Shown: piece after piece, positions 1 through 15,722 of the stretch
How positions within the stretch are numbered: the stretch's first letter is position 1
Layout of the letters: every line of letters begins with the position of its first letter
Source: Octopus vulgaris
Taxonomy: Eukaryota
Direction of reading: 5' to 3'
NCBI GenBank assembly: GCA_951406725.2
Contig: OX597827.1
Location: 65,100,001-65,164,000, forward strand
DNA: 64,000 bases
The notes under the pieces: model-generated
Told to the model about the DNA's origin: nothing
The model's input: the letters and a program-made list of their open reading frames with translations, nothing else
Databases searched by the model: none
Position numbers and translations under genes: made by a program

Positions 1-104
1 GTATCTATATATGCACGCATGTACTCGCGCGTGGGTGTGTATTTATATATATATGTGTGAGTGGGTGTGTATGTATGTAGGTATGTAGGTATGTATATGT
101 ATAA

Positions 105-337
105 GGCGGTGAGCAGGCAGAAACGTTAGCACGCCGGGCGAATTGCGCAGCCGTATTTCGTCTGCCGCTACGTTCTGAGTTCAAATTCCGCCGAGGTCGA
201 CTTTGCCTTTCATCCTTTCGGGGTCGATAAATTAAGTACCAGTTACGCACTGGGGTCGATGTAATCGACTTAATACCTATGTCTGTCCTTGTTTGTCCCT
301 TCTATGTTTAGCCCCTTGTGGGTAATAAAGAAATAGG
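105..337 (+). mobile_element. tRNA-derived SINE, family A (Meta-like central domain), full length with TSD
   Basis: Head GGCGGTGAGCAGGCAGAAACGTTAG, B-box-like GAGTTCAAATTCC, central GTCGACTTTGCCTTTCATCCTTTCGGGGTCGATAAATTAAGTACC, tail TAAAGAAATAG. Flanked by direct repeat TAGGTATGTATATGTATA. Near-identical copies at 15.7k, 24.5k, 41.2k, 54.5k and 58.4k. Confidence 0.9.
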
Positions 338-655
338 TATGTATATGTATAGGTATATGTACATGAAATATATTGTGTCGAAATCTGATAATATTGTGTT
401 AAAACCAATAGAGAAGGTGTTTTGTGCAAACTGTTCACTGCGCAGTGGTAAAACCTCTGTTGCTTTAGTTTCATAGTCATAGTATGTCAAATCTGAATTC
501 TGCCATAATATTGTTCTCCTTCTATTATGCTTCTATCATTAATTAATGTTTCTATCATTAATTAATGCTTCTATCATTAATTGTTATATTTTAATTTTAT
601 ATTTCCTCTCCAGACAGGCTGAACGATTTTTTTTTGTCTTTTATCTAAAACAATA

Positions 656-850
<195 letters not shown>

Positions 851-1790
851 CGGCTGATATTGCTCCTACCGCTGCTGCTGTGCTATTGTTGTCGGCCGTG
901 CTGTCGTGGTGAAGGTGGTGCTGCGAGCTGCATGAACATCGGTGCAGGTGAGTTTCTTTATCTCTTAATCTACCGAGAGAATGAACTGTGGGCGCTGGTG
1001 GATTTGAACATAGGATGTAGAGAAAAGATTCAGTCACCAGCATCAAACTTTCGAATGCCTTAATCTCTGAGTCACGTGCCATCATGGTGGCATTGAAAGA
1101 AAACATGAACACTGAACACTCTCATTCCAGATTCGAAATTACCTCAACTAAACTAATGTTGACTCCTATGGTGCTGAACCATAAAAGAAATTATGAGAGA
1201 GTGTTGCTAATTCTCATTTTATTATAACAAATTTAATATGCAATCTAACATACATTGAGTGCAATATTTGACAGTTGTAGAGAGACAGAGAGTTCGGCGT
1301 ATTTTCGAAGCATTGAAGCATAACATAAACGCTCTCAATCCATACTTCAAATTTTATCATAATTACGCTAGATTGAATTCAAATTTATGCCTCCAATTTC
1401 CTTCGGTTGTCCTGAAGTACGTCAGCACAGTCAATACAGCAATATTCCCAATATTCCTTCAAAGTCATTCCTTTGTGAATTAAAAATGACAGCTGTGTTT
1501 AAAATCACAGCTACCCACCGGGTAATTAGACTGAAGAGGGGGACGACGTGGATCCACGTCAACACATCGCTAATATTCTCAGTTGATAGATTAGTCGCTG
1601 TTATTAGGTTTGTACAAGATCTACACAAAAACACACTGCACATCCGTTGATTGTTTCGAATCCTCATCATTGTTGCTATTATCATGATTGTCCTGCGGCA
1701 ATCCAGTACATTGGTTTGCAAAATGTTTCGTAGCAAAATGCTTGGAGCTGCCAGCATCGTTCGGCAAAATGCTTTGCAATATTTCTTCTG

Positions 1791-2046
1791 TATTTACGTT
1801 CTGAGTTCATATTCCACCGGGGTCATTCTTCCTTTCTGTAGTCGATAGATTAAGTATCAGTCATGCACTGTGGCCGCTTAACTGACTAGCTCCCTCCTTG
1901 AAAAAGCCAGGCCTTGTGCCTATTTACGTTCTGAGTTCATATTCCACCGGGGTCATTCTTCCTTTCTGTAGCCGATAGATTAAGTATCAGTCATGCACTG
2001 TGGCCGCTTAACTGACTAGCTCCCTCCTTGAAAAAGCCAGGCCTTT
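1791..2046 (+). repeat. 130-bp tandem duplication inside a decayed family A SINE
   Basis: TATTTACGTTCTGAGTTCATATTCCACCGGGG... starts at 1791 and 1921, nearly identical through GCCAGGCCTT. Confidence 0.9.
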
Positions 2047-4517
2047 TACCTTTAGAAAAGATGTTATTAGGATAATTATCAAGGCAGAGAGCCAACAGAA
2101 CCGTCAGCGAATCGGGTAATATAGTTTAGCGGCGTATCTTCCGACTCATTATATTCTGAGTTAAAACTCTGCCGAGGACCTTTCACAGTCGGACAATAAA
2201 TACCAAGTGAGCTCTGATTGGGAAGCAATCGACTACCGCTCTCCTCGTGCAATATTTATGCTTTGATTTGGAGTCCCAGCCAAGATCAATTTTGACATTC
2301 CTTTCCTCTGGGTCGATGAAATTAAGTACCACTCATGTATTGGGGTTATTGACTAAATGTCTTCCTCAAGGCTGCTGGCTTTGTGCTTACAAAAAAAAAT
2401 CGTATTATTTCTATTACTCTATCTAACTCTCACCGTAACTCTGTGTGTGTGTGTGAATAACACCCAGGGTGGGTCAAAAATAAGGCAAATGAAAGTTAAA
2501 TTACTTCCTGAGTCACTCTCATATATTGAGGGAGGGAGTAGCATGGACACAAGCACTAATTTATGTAGAACAGTATCAGTCAGTATCATAAGTTCTTCAT
2601 TGCTATTTTATCGTTTCTCAAAATTGGCGATTCTATTGAGGTAATAGATTTTGGGGATTTGCTGTTGTTGCTGTCTCTGATCTTGTCCATCTATCCTCGT
2701 CTATATTATCCATGTTTTTGGCTTAGAAAATCTTTTGGTGGATCACACTCTCACTTGTAAAACAAATGCACATATTCTTGTTGCTATTATTTTTTTAAGG
2801 ACTTATTGACAAGAAACACTTAAATAGCTTTGTCCTGCCAAATTCATAGGTGCTGGGCTCTCTGTTATGGATGGTGAATTTTATGAACTTCTCAGCACCC
2901 TCTAGAGGGCACAATTGCATATTATTTTGTGACTTGGTTGAATCATGAAGACATATATTCATGGTGACCTCATTCAATATAATATCATCAAATTTAAGTC
3001 AGCGCTGACCAGCTATTCATTTTGTGCAATGGAAGTTACACCTCTGCAGGGGTGAACGTCGACACTGTTGCCTTAGAGGCAACCCATCCATTTATTTTCC
3101 CCAAATCTTGCAGAACCGATTTATGTGCAAGAACATCTAAGAAAATTTTGGCTTGCTTCTAACTATGTCATCTGTTTTAAGGATGAATCATATTGACTCC
3201 CTTTCACCTCCGAAGTGTTTCTCTTAAAATTTACGCCAGGGATCTCTATGCACCTTCCTTCAACGGAAGAAAGTAGGTCCCTGTGGCTTTAGGAAATCAC
3301 ACAGTAATGTTACACATCTCATCTTTCTCTTGTCCCGCATTTCTGTGATGGATGTTGAAAAAACTCGCACCTTCTTGCGAATAAAACACTGTCAGTAAAA
3401 GAGTTCAAATTCAAATGTTTTCTTTACTTTTGACAAGACACTTGCCAAAAAGACGATGTGTAATTGTTATATAATTTTGGGTTTAATGTAGCATGTACAT
3501 CTATAGTGTTGCTGTTGTTGAAAATATTTCTACCCGAGATATTCAACTTGGATGTTAAAATCGAATTTGATTTACTTAGTTTTTTTTTTGCGAGATGGGA
3601 TTCAGTAATATTGTGAAGGTGCAATTAAAATAATCTTCCACTTTAGTTTTTATTGTTTCCTGTATGGTTTGGATTCTTTTATTAATTTCCATTTCGTATT
3701 TCTTTTTTCTTTTTTTTTGTCAGAGAGAAGTTTCATGCCGTAGAAAATATAAACTCTGTACAAAAATAATGGCACAAACCTTATTTATTCTTTTGTGAAG
3801 CTCAGTAGAAGGAGACACAAAACTTTAGGAAATTATCTGTATGCGAGTAGTTTTATGAAAAATAATCTCTACTTCGTCCAGCTTAATCCTTTTCTCGGAA
3901 GAGGGATTTGTAAACATAATAAAACTGAAACTGAACGATCGAAGGACAAGAAAATAAGAAAGAGGCATTGAACGAAATCAGCTAATGAAATCCAGCAATT
4001 AAAATGTGCAATTAAGCATAATGAATTAAGGGGGATCAGTTAACGTAAACCTGTGAATGATAATTCAACACAAAGGATGGACGATAACAGCAGCCCAATA
4101 TAAGGGAAACATAATAAAGCAACTCATTTATGGAAAACATGAATTTAACAAACATATAAATAAATAACACGAAAGTGAAATAAAAAGGGGAAAAGTATAA
4201 GATATTCGTTATAAAAAGTTTGAGAAAATGTAACAGGAGATAAACTAAATTGCGTTGCAAGATGTGAATAAGGAACATTTATATTGTTTTCTTTATTCGT
4301 TTCACCAGATTTTATATTTGTTTCGTCAATATACACAAATCGCAAGGTGTTGCCATTAAGAATATCATTTAGAAATACTTTTGCCATGGGTTCATTACAT
4401 TCCCATTTCAAATCTTGTCCAGGTCGACTTTACCTTTCATAGTTTGGGGTCGATAAAATAAGTACCAGTTGAGGGGTAATCCTCACCTAAAACTTCAGCC
4501 ATTGTACCTATAGCAAA

Positions 4518-4622
<105 letters not shown>

Positions 4623-5700
4623 GAGACAGAGGGTAGTGCATGCCATCAAAGAGACACTGGAATAAAATATACGAAGCCCAGTTTACCTGTCATAACTACC
4701 CGTCTGATAAGGGTACACCAGGCACATGCATCACAACCATATGTGCACGGCATGGTGATATATCAAGATAAACAGCACATGGCCTTGCAGATGGGGCCCA
4801 GTTAGAATTTTCTCCAGGTCGAGTAACCCATCCCGCTCAAAGGGTCCCTGAATAAGGGTTGTTTAAGGATGTTGAACGAAACACCCATGTTTCGAAAGGT
4901 AAATTATCCAACTTGCAAGAATCTTTCTGAGGATTCTAGCACAATATAGGATGGTAATTTTTTGCAGTTTTCTGTTCCAATTTCTTTCAGTCTTTTAGGT
5001 AGTATTGAAAGTGTTTATGTCAAGTGTACCTGTAACTACAGAAATAATTGTTGACTTGGTATCCCACAGTCTCCTCACCTCTTTGGCTAAATCCTGAACT
5101 TTCTCAGAGTCTTGAATTTCTTTGGTATCCACTTTTTGCAAAATATATGACCATACGATGTTTATTTTGTCCTCTAAAACCCTGTCTGGTCTTTTTGCCT
5201 CAATAGTATGGTAAGTCCATAAACGAAGTGCCACAAGATCATGTACTTATCATTTTCTATCACAGCCTCTGATTCGCGTTCACATTACGTTTCTCTTGTT
5301 TTGAAATCACACATTCAGCTAATATTACACTGCATTCATTGCGCTTGTACTCCTTTTATGCTAGTATACTACACTGAGTCAAAATGTGATTGATGCTCTC
5401 GTCTCATTTCGTGCAGATTCTGCGTTTGCTGCCTTACTGGGATTTATAGTTCTTTAGCTTTGTTACAATTGTTCTAGAGGCTTGTTCATGTCCAGCTATA
5501 ATTAGCGTTTCTGTTTCTTATTTCAAGTCCCCGCCCGTCAACCACAGCCAGCGATCTTCACGTCCAGCATTCTCGGTTTGTTGCATGAATAGGCCATACT
5601 CTTCTATTTCTTTCCATTTGTTTATTCGTTGTTCTTCATTTTGCGTTTGATTTCGCACACTATTCTCCTAACCATTATTATTTCAAACAACCCAGATATT
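4623..5700 (-). mobile_element. 5'-truncated, decayed R4/Dong-clade non-LTR retrotransposon (zinc knuckle, restriction-like endonuclease, 3' UTR)
   Basis: Minus-strand translation gives WLWLTGGDLK*ETETLIIAGHEQA, RICTK*DESINHILTQCSILA*KEYKRN (degenerate CCHC) and TIEAKRPDRVLEDK...EKVQDLAKEVRRLWDTKSTIISVVTGTLD, matching the R4/Dong C-terminus. Contains stops and frameshifts; ends in (TAA)n. Confidence 0.8.
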
Positions 5701-8263
5701 TTATTCATTCAGATGTATGTACTCTTAACAATAAAATAGGAAATGAGTTGTTTCCTTATGAAAGACTGGAAATCAAACATCGTATAGGATTCTAAGTCCA
5801 TACAAGGAGATGAGGTTGGGTTAAACCAATATATGTTTCTTTTTCCAGATTTAATATTTAGGAGGGGCATGTTCCACCACATGTTTTAGTTTTGCTATGT
5901 AATTGCTTGGTATTGTGAACTATTACTGTTTTCTGTATCTGTTGCTAAATATTTGCTTATAGCTTAAAGAGATATAATTTTTGTCCTTGTCAAAAAGATG
6001 CCTCTTTTCTGAAGAATCCAATACTCGTAGGACAAATAGAGAATAAGTTACAAAAATCGATATATGGAAATATTCTCAGCAAATAAACTAATAAAGATCG
6101 TACAATGAATCTGTAGCGACAACAAACTTCTATGTTTGAACTTCGTTTAACCTGCTGTGAAGCCAAAATTTCTCTGAGCTAGTACAGACGCTAGAAAGTT
6201 TCATAAAATATACGTTCCTTTGAATACTGTCCGTCGCTATTAATTCGATCCATATGGAAAGAATAAATTCCTTTTTGCAACCGTAACAAAACTGACTAAG
6301 CAGTAAGTGTTCTGTTATTATATAATTACCATATTATAACATGCAGAATGAATTAACTTTCCTCGCCTATCTACAGACTGGCTTTATACGTAACAGTAGA
6401 AAAACGTGACTGGCAGATCGCGTATTACATTCTCCGCAGCCTACAACTATTCTTCTTAGACTGGTTTTATACGTTGCTTTTCATAGCTATTAAAAACACA
6501 GTTCTCACATGGTTAGTTCCTATAATCGAAGAACGTTTTTTCAGTAACAGCGTCTTTCGACTACTTAGCTACGAACAAGGCTAAGCAAAGCTCATAGAAA
6601 ATAAATAGAAACAATTAGTAAGATTTTATTTTTTACATGCCGTTTACTGGGATCAATCCCAAAATTTATGAAACATCCAATTCTTATACACCATAATATA
6701 GAAGCATAGCTGGTCATCCTCTACCAGTCTCTAATGAATTTTGTATTGTATAGATTTGAAGAAGAACTATGTAAAATGAAAAAAAAAATTTGCTGGGATG
6801 ACCAAAAACAAAAACCTTCGAAAACCGATAAATTCAACGCAAATGTTCTTTCTGTTGTAGGACAGAATGTATATGTACGCCATTTTTATGGCAGCTGAAC
6901 AACTGAAATAAGAAGAATTTCTAAACTACGGGGAGAATTGCAGTGAAGGTGATATCGCATAATTTAAAAACGCAATTTAAAATCAGGTTCCAGAAATTCG
7001 CATTAGAATACTAATAGAAAATCTCACAAATGGAACGAAAACATGTTTTATTGTGATACAGCTGATTAGAGAACTCGACAAACATGAAATGAAATAATGT
7101 CTAGGGCAATTAAATGGTATTGATTTTAAATCGATTATTTTCTTTTTAATGATCATTTTGTTGCTGAAATGAATTTTGCAATTATTCTAATCAGGGAATT
7201 CTGTAAAAGAATTTATGAATAATTAGAAATTATTTAAAGCTATGACCAAAATCATTTACGGAACATTTAGGGTAAAAACGTGTTTGATGAAGGTTGTTCT
7301 TTGCCACCAAATGTAGGAAGGAGTCGATGTTTCATCAGGCAGTAAATCTCCTCCGTAAGCGATTGGGTCCCTCCCACCGCGACTCTAGAGCTGCTTGGGA
7401 TTCCCCACCGATGTAGGCGATACAACTCCCACAGTACTGCATGAGCTATATTAAGTGAGGTTTTACCATTTTTCTACCATACTTAATGCGCGTTCTAGCT
7501 GCACCATTCGTGTTTTCTTGATCGATATCTATTGAGAGAATCAATTTCGAATCTCAACTTAATTTCCAAAAGCCTGAGTACCTGCAGCATTTTAGCACTT
7601 TTCCATTCAAATGGCGAGCAGCTAGTCTTTCACTTAACAATAAAGATCTCTTCGTGTTGCCTAAAACAGATGGAGTAGCTATTAATGGACAAAAATAGCA
7701 TATATAGGGTTCAATAAAAACTCATTCGAAGAGCGATAGACGCAGGGCAGTGCGTTTATTCGCTTAGATACATCAGGAAACATAAATCCACATAATTATC
7801 AGAGTATATATGGCAGTTGAGCCACAGCTGACGAAAATAATTGCATAATCGACTAGTTCACATTTTCTGATTCGACGACATACAGTATGTACGGCAACAG
7901 CTGTATATTAAAAGGCAATATAAATTAAAGATAGAATAACGGGCTTTAGTTATATAAATATTCATATAAGAAATTGCAATTATAAAAATCTGGTATTCAT
8001 AAAATACGTTCCTTTCATTAAAAAACCTATTTTTAGTGCATTTCAGGAGTTGTCGCAATGTTACAACCTTTGTATGTATGTTGTAATTTTTTAAAATTCT
8101 ACAAGTAACAATCTTCATTTCTACTTCGCTAATAAACGCGTCGCACCGCATGTATGTATTAAAAAGCCCAAGCTTATATAAGAAGGAACATTAAATATAT
8201 GAATATATTTACATCGAAATTTCCTATTTCTAATTAATTATAGATATCGATGTCAATATATGC

Positions 8264-8325
<62 letters not shown>

Positions 8326-8327
8326 CA

Positions 8328-8395
<68 letters not shown>

Positions 8396-8583
8396 GTGTG
8401 TGTGTGTGTGTGACGTGTATTTATCGCATGTGTTTATGGAGTTTTGTTGTAGGTTGCTTCGTAATGTTTAGACATTCATTAAGGTTGGAGGAGAAAAATA
8501 ATGTTTCGACTTTCTCCCTTAATATAATTATTTATATATAATTATTAATTGTATATATGTGCGTGTGTTTGTGTGTGTGTGTT

Positions 8584-8625
<42 letters not shown>

Positions 8626-8851
8626 CAAACACACACACATATATATATATATTAATAAAGTATTTAAATATATATATATACATAAAATAGAGATAGTCAC
8701 GCACAGCACACACACACACACACATGACTTCACCATAAGTTCGAATAATAGTCATATAACTATATTATATATATATATATATATAATCATCACACACACA
8801 CACACACATATATATAATTAAATATTTCTCTCAAACATCATTACAATACGA

Positions 8852-8923
<72 letters not shown>

Positions 8924-9422
8924 AGTATGGATCGTAAAATTCCTTGTGCTGATTTTGAACTTATTTACACTTCTGTGGGGCGCAACACTGCGAAACATCA
9001 ATGATAAGTATTTAATGCATGGGAGTTGTTAAACGCTTTTATGCTACGATATTTAATCCAACTATGGTCCTTTTAACGATCAAGTGTGTTAAAGAACTCA
9101 GTATATTTCAACGGCAAGCAAAACGAACAGCCCTGGGGGTGAACGAGAATGACAAATACCCATATTTCGCTGCTATGTCTACTACTTGGTGGTGTATTCT
9201 TGATTCATCCTCGACACGAATACTTGCGCATTGAAGGTGACTGATTGCCATGTGAACAATTAGATAAAGATATACAGCGGAAATCATAAATCATTTCGAA
9301 CACAAAATCATGTATAATCATAAAGGATAAATAAATTATAGCGTTATACATTTAAAGCGACACAAAATGCACAAGATTACTCATGAGCACCTACATATCC
9401 CTTCTCCATACATGCATGTATG

Positions 9423-9461
<39 letters not shown>

Positions 9462-9468
9462 GTATATG

Positions 9469-9544
<76 letters not shown>

Positions 9545-9640
9545 TATGTGTGTGTGTTGTCTGTGTGTTTGTGTATATACATATATGTATACGTATACAT
9601 ATATATTATATATAAATGTATGTATATATATATATGCATA

Positions 9641-9692
<52 letters not shown>

Positions 9693-9695
9693 CGG

Positions 9696-9728
<33 letters not shown>

Positions 9729-9771
9729 CTGTATGTGTGTATGTATATCTGTATCTGTGTTGACATATTTA

Positions 9772-9816
<45 letters not shown>

Positions 9817-10479
9817 GTACAGACACTGAAAGACACTCGCGCAGGCATATATCGTCGCACATACTCACGGTAACCGCGGCAAATTTATGATAAACCAGGG
9901 AAAAAGCCGGATACAGATTTATTAATAACGCTATTCATCACTCCCTGTGAAGACAATATTATCAGCCATGGGGGAATTCGCAGACATAAAAGTAATTTTG
10001 AAATACAGTGTTTCAGTCTTGTGTTAATTATATTAGATATCCATTACGATGTGTTAATACTGTTCCATATATAGCAATCAATTCATGTTTCGTTGATTTT
10101 ATTCCCGAACACAAAACTAAAAGATATCGTTGAATGCTTTTCATATTGTTATGGCATCTTATTCCATTTATTTCTCCATTTCTGTATTGCATCCTTTAAA
10201 GTACATTTGCACATCACAGAGGTACGTACATACGTTCGACATATACGCATATACTTCTGTGGCTGCGCGAATGTTTTGCTCTCTCTTTTTCCTTGGCCGT
10301 ACACACGCACAAACACACAGACACGCACACACACATGCACACACACACAAATACACATATGCGTATAAACGTGTAAATGCAAGTGAATGTGTAAACTTTA
10401 TTGAGAATAGAAAATAAATAAAATATATATATTCCTATCTGTCTGTCAGTCTGTCTGTCCACCCATCCATCCATTCTCT

Positions 10480-10480
10480 C

Positions 10481-10577
<97 letters not shown>

Positions 10578-10587
10578 CTGTCTGTCT

Positions 10588-10669
<82 letters not shown>

Positions 10670-10671
10670 CC

Positions 10672-10747
<76 letters not shown>

Positions 10748-10918
10748 CCTACCTACATGCCTATCTATCTCTCTATTTTTTCCGATCCCTTTTGATCGGA
10801 ATTTTACATTTGTTTCCTTTTTTCCCCTTTCTCGTTTCCATATTCTAAAAGAAAAGCTCTACATTTGCATGTGTTCCCTTGTGTTCAGCCCTGTGTGGCC
10901 AAAATAGAAAGTTATCTC

Positions 10919-11009
<91 letters not shown>

Positions 11010-11030
11010 GTCTGTCTGTCTATCTATCTG
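10480..11030. repeat. (TATC)n microsatellite blocks (also ~18480-18605 and ~31495-31590)
   Basis: Directly visible. Confidence 0.95.
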
Positions 11031-11146
11031 TCTATTTCCCTGTCCGTCTGCCTTTCTCGATGTCTGCCCGTTTTTCTTTCCCTCTGTCTCTCTCTCTCTC
11101 TTTCTTTCTCTCTCACACCCTCACTCATTTTCTCTCTCTCTCTGTA

Positions 11147-11211
<65 letters not shown>

Positions 11212-11668
11212 GTGTGTGTTAAGATCGTCTCTAGAGATTTTGTATAGAAATTAATTATATTCAACACTGATTTTGTTACGACGTTTCGTATCCGAGACGT
11301 CAGATATAAGCAAATAATGAAATAGCGGATGAAAAACGGGTAATAGGCGTATATTCAATATTTCGTGAGTCTTCGCTCTTTCATTAGCCCCCACCTAACT
11401 CGTTAATCATCCAAGATCTCATTGCTTAAATAGCCACAACATATACCGGTCTAACATTATTGAATATATATATATATTTAAACACATTACTGGAACCTGC
11501 TATATAAATATCAATGTCATGTGGGGACACTGCATTTCGTTCTGCTTTGAACTTTTTTAAACATTTGTACCAGTACTATTGTGTTACATGTATATATTTA
11601 TGTATATACTGTACTCATTAAATATATATACATGCATACTCACACAGATATTTACATATCCCTACAAG

Positions 11669-12160
<492 letters not shown>

Positions 12161-12304
12161 GGTGTACATTTAAACACAAAAGAAAACTACCTTTTATAGG
12201 TAATTTTTACACGCTAGAAGACACAGTCAAAACGACCAAAACCACATTTTAAGAGCAATTTTCGAAGGGAATGAAAAATAAAAACTTTTACCTAGTTATC
12301 TTTT

Positions 12305-12377
12305 ACGGTCATACCCAGGTTTCAGATTATTTTAGCAAATAAATTATTTTGCTAGGAGAATCTTCATCAGTAACCGT
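12305..12377 (-). ncRNA. Type I hammerhead ribozyme
   Basis: Minus: ACGGUUA CUGAUGA AGAUU..UAGCAAA..UUUGCUA..AAUCU GAAA CCUGG GUA UGACCGU. Intact core, 7-bp stem I. Confidence 0.88.
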
Positions 12378-12745
12378 GCCTTAACAATTAACATATAATT
12401 TAGAGGCAAATAACACGCATCTCGTCATTATATTTTGTAATTTTTCAAAATTCACCGCGCAAGCACAGTTTCAGTCGAACTTCGAAAAGCTGGAATCAAA
12501 TTTGTAAAAACTATATAGAGTGGTGAATATTCTTAGAAATTTCACCAGCAGTGGCCTAGCATGTATAAAATGTCAATAGACAACGTATTCTCAATATAAA
12601 ATAGTTTACATTTAAACACAAAAGAAAACTACCTTTTATAGGTAATTTTTACACGCTAGAAGACGCAGTCAAAACGACCAAAACCACATTTTAAGAGCAA
12701 ATTTCGAAGGGACTGAAAAATAAAACATTTACCTCGTTATTTTTT

Positions 12746-12818
12746 ACGGTCATACCTAGGTTTCAGATTATTTTAGCAAAGAAAATAATTTGCTAGGCGA
12801 ATCTTCATCAGTAACCGT
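12746..12818 (-). ncRNA. Type I hammerhead ribozyme
   Basis: Minus: ACGGUUA CUGAUGA AGAUU..AAUCU GAAA CCUAG GUA UGACCGU. Stem III is the perfect palindrome ACCUAGGU. Confidence 0.9.
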
Positions 12819-13555
12819 GTAAGCATATGTAAGCATATGAATATGAAAAATAAACAGAGCAACATAGAGACGGATAGTTACATAGGTTATATGAATATAC
12901 AAGCACACATGCGCAAATGGAGACTGAAACACATGATCATATATATGCACATTTTAATTCACACAAGGACACATATGGAGACGTGCGTCCACACTTATGG
13001 TGAAGCACATCCATACATAGAAACATGGTACATAGTTGCAAAACACACACTCACACAGACATGCACGCACAAGGAGACAGAAGTGCATAGATATACAAAC
13101 ACACGCTCACACGCACGCGTACATAAAATATACACAAACACGGACATGCAAGCACATGGATATGCACAATACATACATACAGATGCACACACATACATGC
13201 ATATATACATATGCATACACACACGTATATACATACACACATGCATAGATACATACATATATACATAGATACATACATGCATGTATGCATAGGTACACAC
13301 ATGCACACTGACCCACGAACATGCGCACAAACAAAAAGGTTGCGAGACGTAACGAAAATTTTAGAAAACATTAGGAATTAGGAATAAGTGGAAATTTTAC
13401 CGGTGAGTGTGTTAAATTATAAGGCACAAAAAGAAAATGAGTCTCCCTAGATACAACAGTATATATATAGGGAGAAGTCACAAAAAAAAAGACGTAGACA
13501 TGTGGTGTAGACAACAAGCAGATGTATTAGTTTAACACTCGGGAAGAGAAAAAGT

Positions 13556-13591
13556 CTTTAACGTTTCGAGCCTACGCTCTTCCAAAGAAAG
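13556..13591 (-). ncRNA. Degenerate minimal hammerhead (CUUUGGA core)
   Basis: Minus: CUUU CUUUGGA A GAGC-GUAG-GCUC GAAAC GUU AAAG; same family as 19.5k and 60.5k. Confidence 0.5.
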
Positions 13592-14959
13592 GAGCAACTA
13601 AAGAAAGAGGGAGAGAAAATATTTTTTTCAACATTTCAGAGTATACTATAGAACACACTATTGTATCATATAGAACATACAATATTTTTTATATTGAGAG
13701 TATTAAAATGAACCCACGCATTAATGATGAAATCTGGTGAAGAATTCTAGGTAAGTTAATTTGTATTATTTAAAACGAATTAATTGTGCAAATCGCCTGG
13801 TGGAATGTTTAATATTCGTAGTATGTTGACATGTCCGGATATATTTCCGTCGTCTGAGATATCGGCTAGGAAGATTAGTCTAGACGCTACTGCCATATGT
13901 TAGAATGGCGAGAAAAGAGAAAGGAATTACCGATGTATATGCGTTTACACGCACGCACACACACACACACACTCACACACACATGCGCATATTTATATAT
14001 ATTCGTACATACTCACATAGACACACACATACATATATATGCGCGCGTGTGTATGTGTTTATGCATTTATTTATGTATACACTTGTGTTCTTTTCTCTGC
14101 TTCTTTGTGGGAAAAAAGATTAGGTATGAATGAGAAAAAACGATAGTAATTTAACTAAATCTCCATTGCTTTGTTATAGTTATTGGGTTTCCCATTCTTA
14201 CTTTATGTTAAAATATCCCAGATAATGATATTGTGCCATATAACATGCTTCAACATACTCATACACACAAAGACAAACAAGCACACACACACGTACACAT
14301 ATATACAAAATGTCTATAAACATGAATCTTATATAATCTATATACATAACACATGCATATTACACGTACATATACATGCACACACACACACACACACACG
14401 CTCACACGCACAAATGAGGCAGCTATGAATATAAAAATCATCCATGGACAAACATGTGTTTAAATATTTAATGTGTACATAATATATAACCGATCCGGAT
14501 ATAATAAGAGGCGACAAGCATGATAAGGTATATAGTAACTCTTATAGAAAAGAATAAAAAGTAAGGGAGAAAGAAATACAGATAAAGAAGAATTAAATAT
14601 AGTTCTATAGTATAAAAATGCTTATAATCTCTAGGAATATTGAGATATTTGAAGTTCGGTGATTGCTTGAAAAGGCTTTCCCTCATCACATCGAGTGCAC
14701 CCGTTATTGCCCAGTAACTGGACTTGAATAATATCAAGCGTAGTTACTATTTAGATGTGACACTTTTTTGGTAAACGCAGGAACTGTAAACATCAAAAGT
14801 TCTGAACATCGCGTTTCGGTTAAAGCGGACAACAGAGTAAGGACCCAATTTAAAAAGAATAAAAGGACTGGGTTCGGTTCGATCAAATACAAATTTAAAG
14901 GCGATGCCACAAAATGCCCGAAATCTAGTGAGTGCAACATGTACATACATATACATACA

Positions 14960-15358
14960 CCTAGGACTGTTCCCGATGTTTTAGGAGTGGGTGGCCACAA
15001 CAAGACTCAAACCAGACATTCCTTTCCATTCATTTCCCAGCAGAAAGAGGCGTATCCCATCCTATACTCGGGTCAAGGCATAGAACGCAATCCCCAATAT
15101 CAGCGGTGGGGCCCAACAGCATATACTAGTTTACCTCTGTCGCATCATGCTTGTTCCGTACCCCTTTGAGCAACATCAAATTCACTCATCCGTCCACCAG
15201 CACTCTCCAAGCTTTCCTATTGTTTATAAACACTCTTGCCTCTCTCACTCGAACGCCTCTAACCACCAAAACTTTCCCCCCTGCGACTGGGAGGAGGACC
15301 GGAAGAATGCAGTCCCCATATTCCCTTCATGGCATAAGAGGCGACTAAAAGGGGCGGG
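14960..15358 (+). mobile_element. Retroposon remnant with an RTE-like 3' end
   Basis: GC-richer block ending TCCCTTCATGGCATAAGAGGCGACTAAAAGGGG, resembling RTE/SINE tails from memory; no recognisable protein. Confidence 0.4.
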
Positions 15359-15722
15359 TGCGAAGGAATTGGTAATCTACTATTCCTAGTAAATTCATAT
15401 TCCTAAAATTACAAGAAGTGAAACATGTGGAAGACAAAAAAGACTCCAAATTTTGCAACTATTTTAAGAACATAAGAAAGTTTAACAAATTATCATATCT
15501 GTCAGACTTGTAACGTTTGTATTGGAATAATTAATGTTATAACGTATCTCATCAATACCCCCATGAACATAAAGATGATTCCAGACAACCTGTTCGTGAT
15601 AGAATATCGGTCGATGGGATATAGGCCGGCAGAAGGCATGAAATCATTTGCCTGTTACCTGTATGTAGCGTTTGATATGTTTTGAACATTGGCAGGAGTT
15701 TTTCAGCTAACTGATGATTAAA

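Larger units (their letters stand above)
12165..12819 (-). mobile_element. Retrozyme/PLE-like element with ~214-bp direct repeats, each carrying a hammerhead
   Basis: 12165-12378 repeats at 12607-12819 (period 441-442); no convincing ORF; adjacent to (TA)n. Confidence 0.85.

Noticed and set aside
2600-3400. Complex sequence that could be coding, including palindrome GCACCCTCTAGAGGGCAC
   Set aside because: No long frame or recognisable motif; possibly an old TE but unassignable.
11275-11310. Minus-strand GAAACGUC after a hairpin (hammerhead-like half)
   Set aside because: No correctly placed CUGANGA box or stem I.
14660-14940. Possible exon, ORFs on both strands
   Set aside because: No recognisable domain or convincing splice context.
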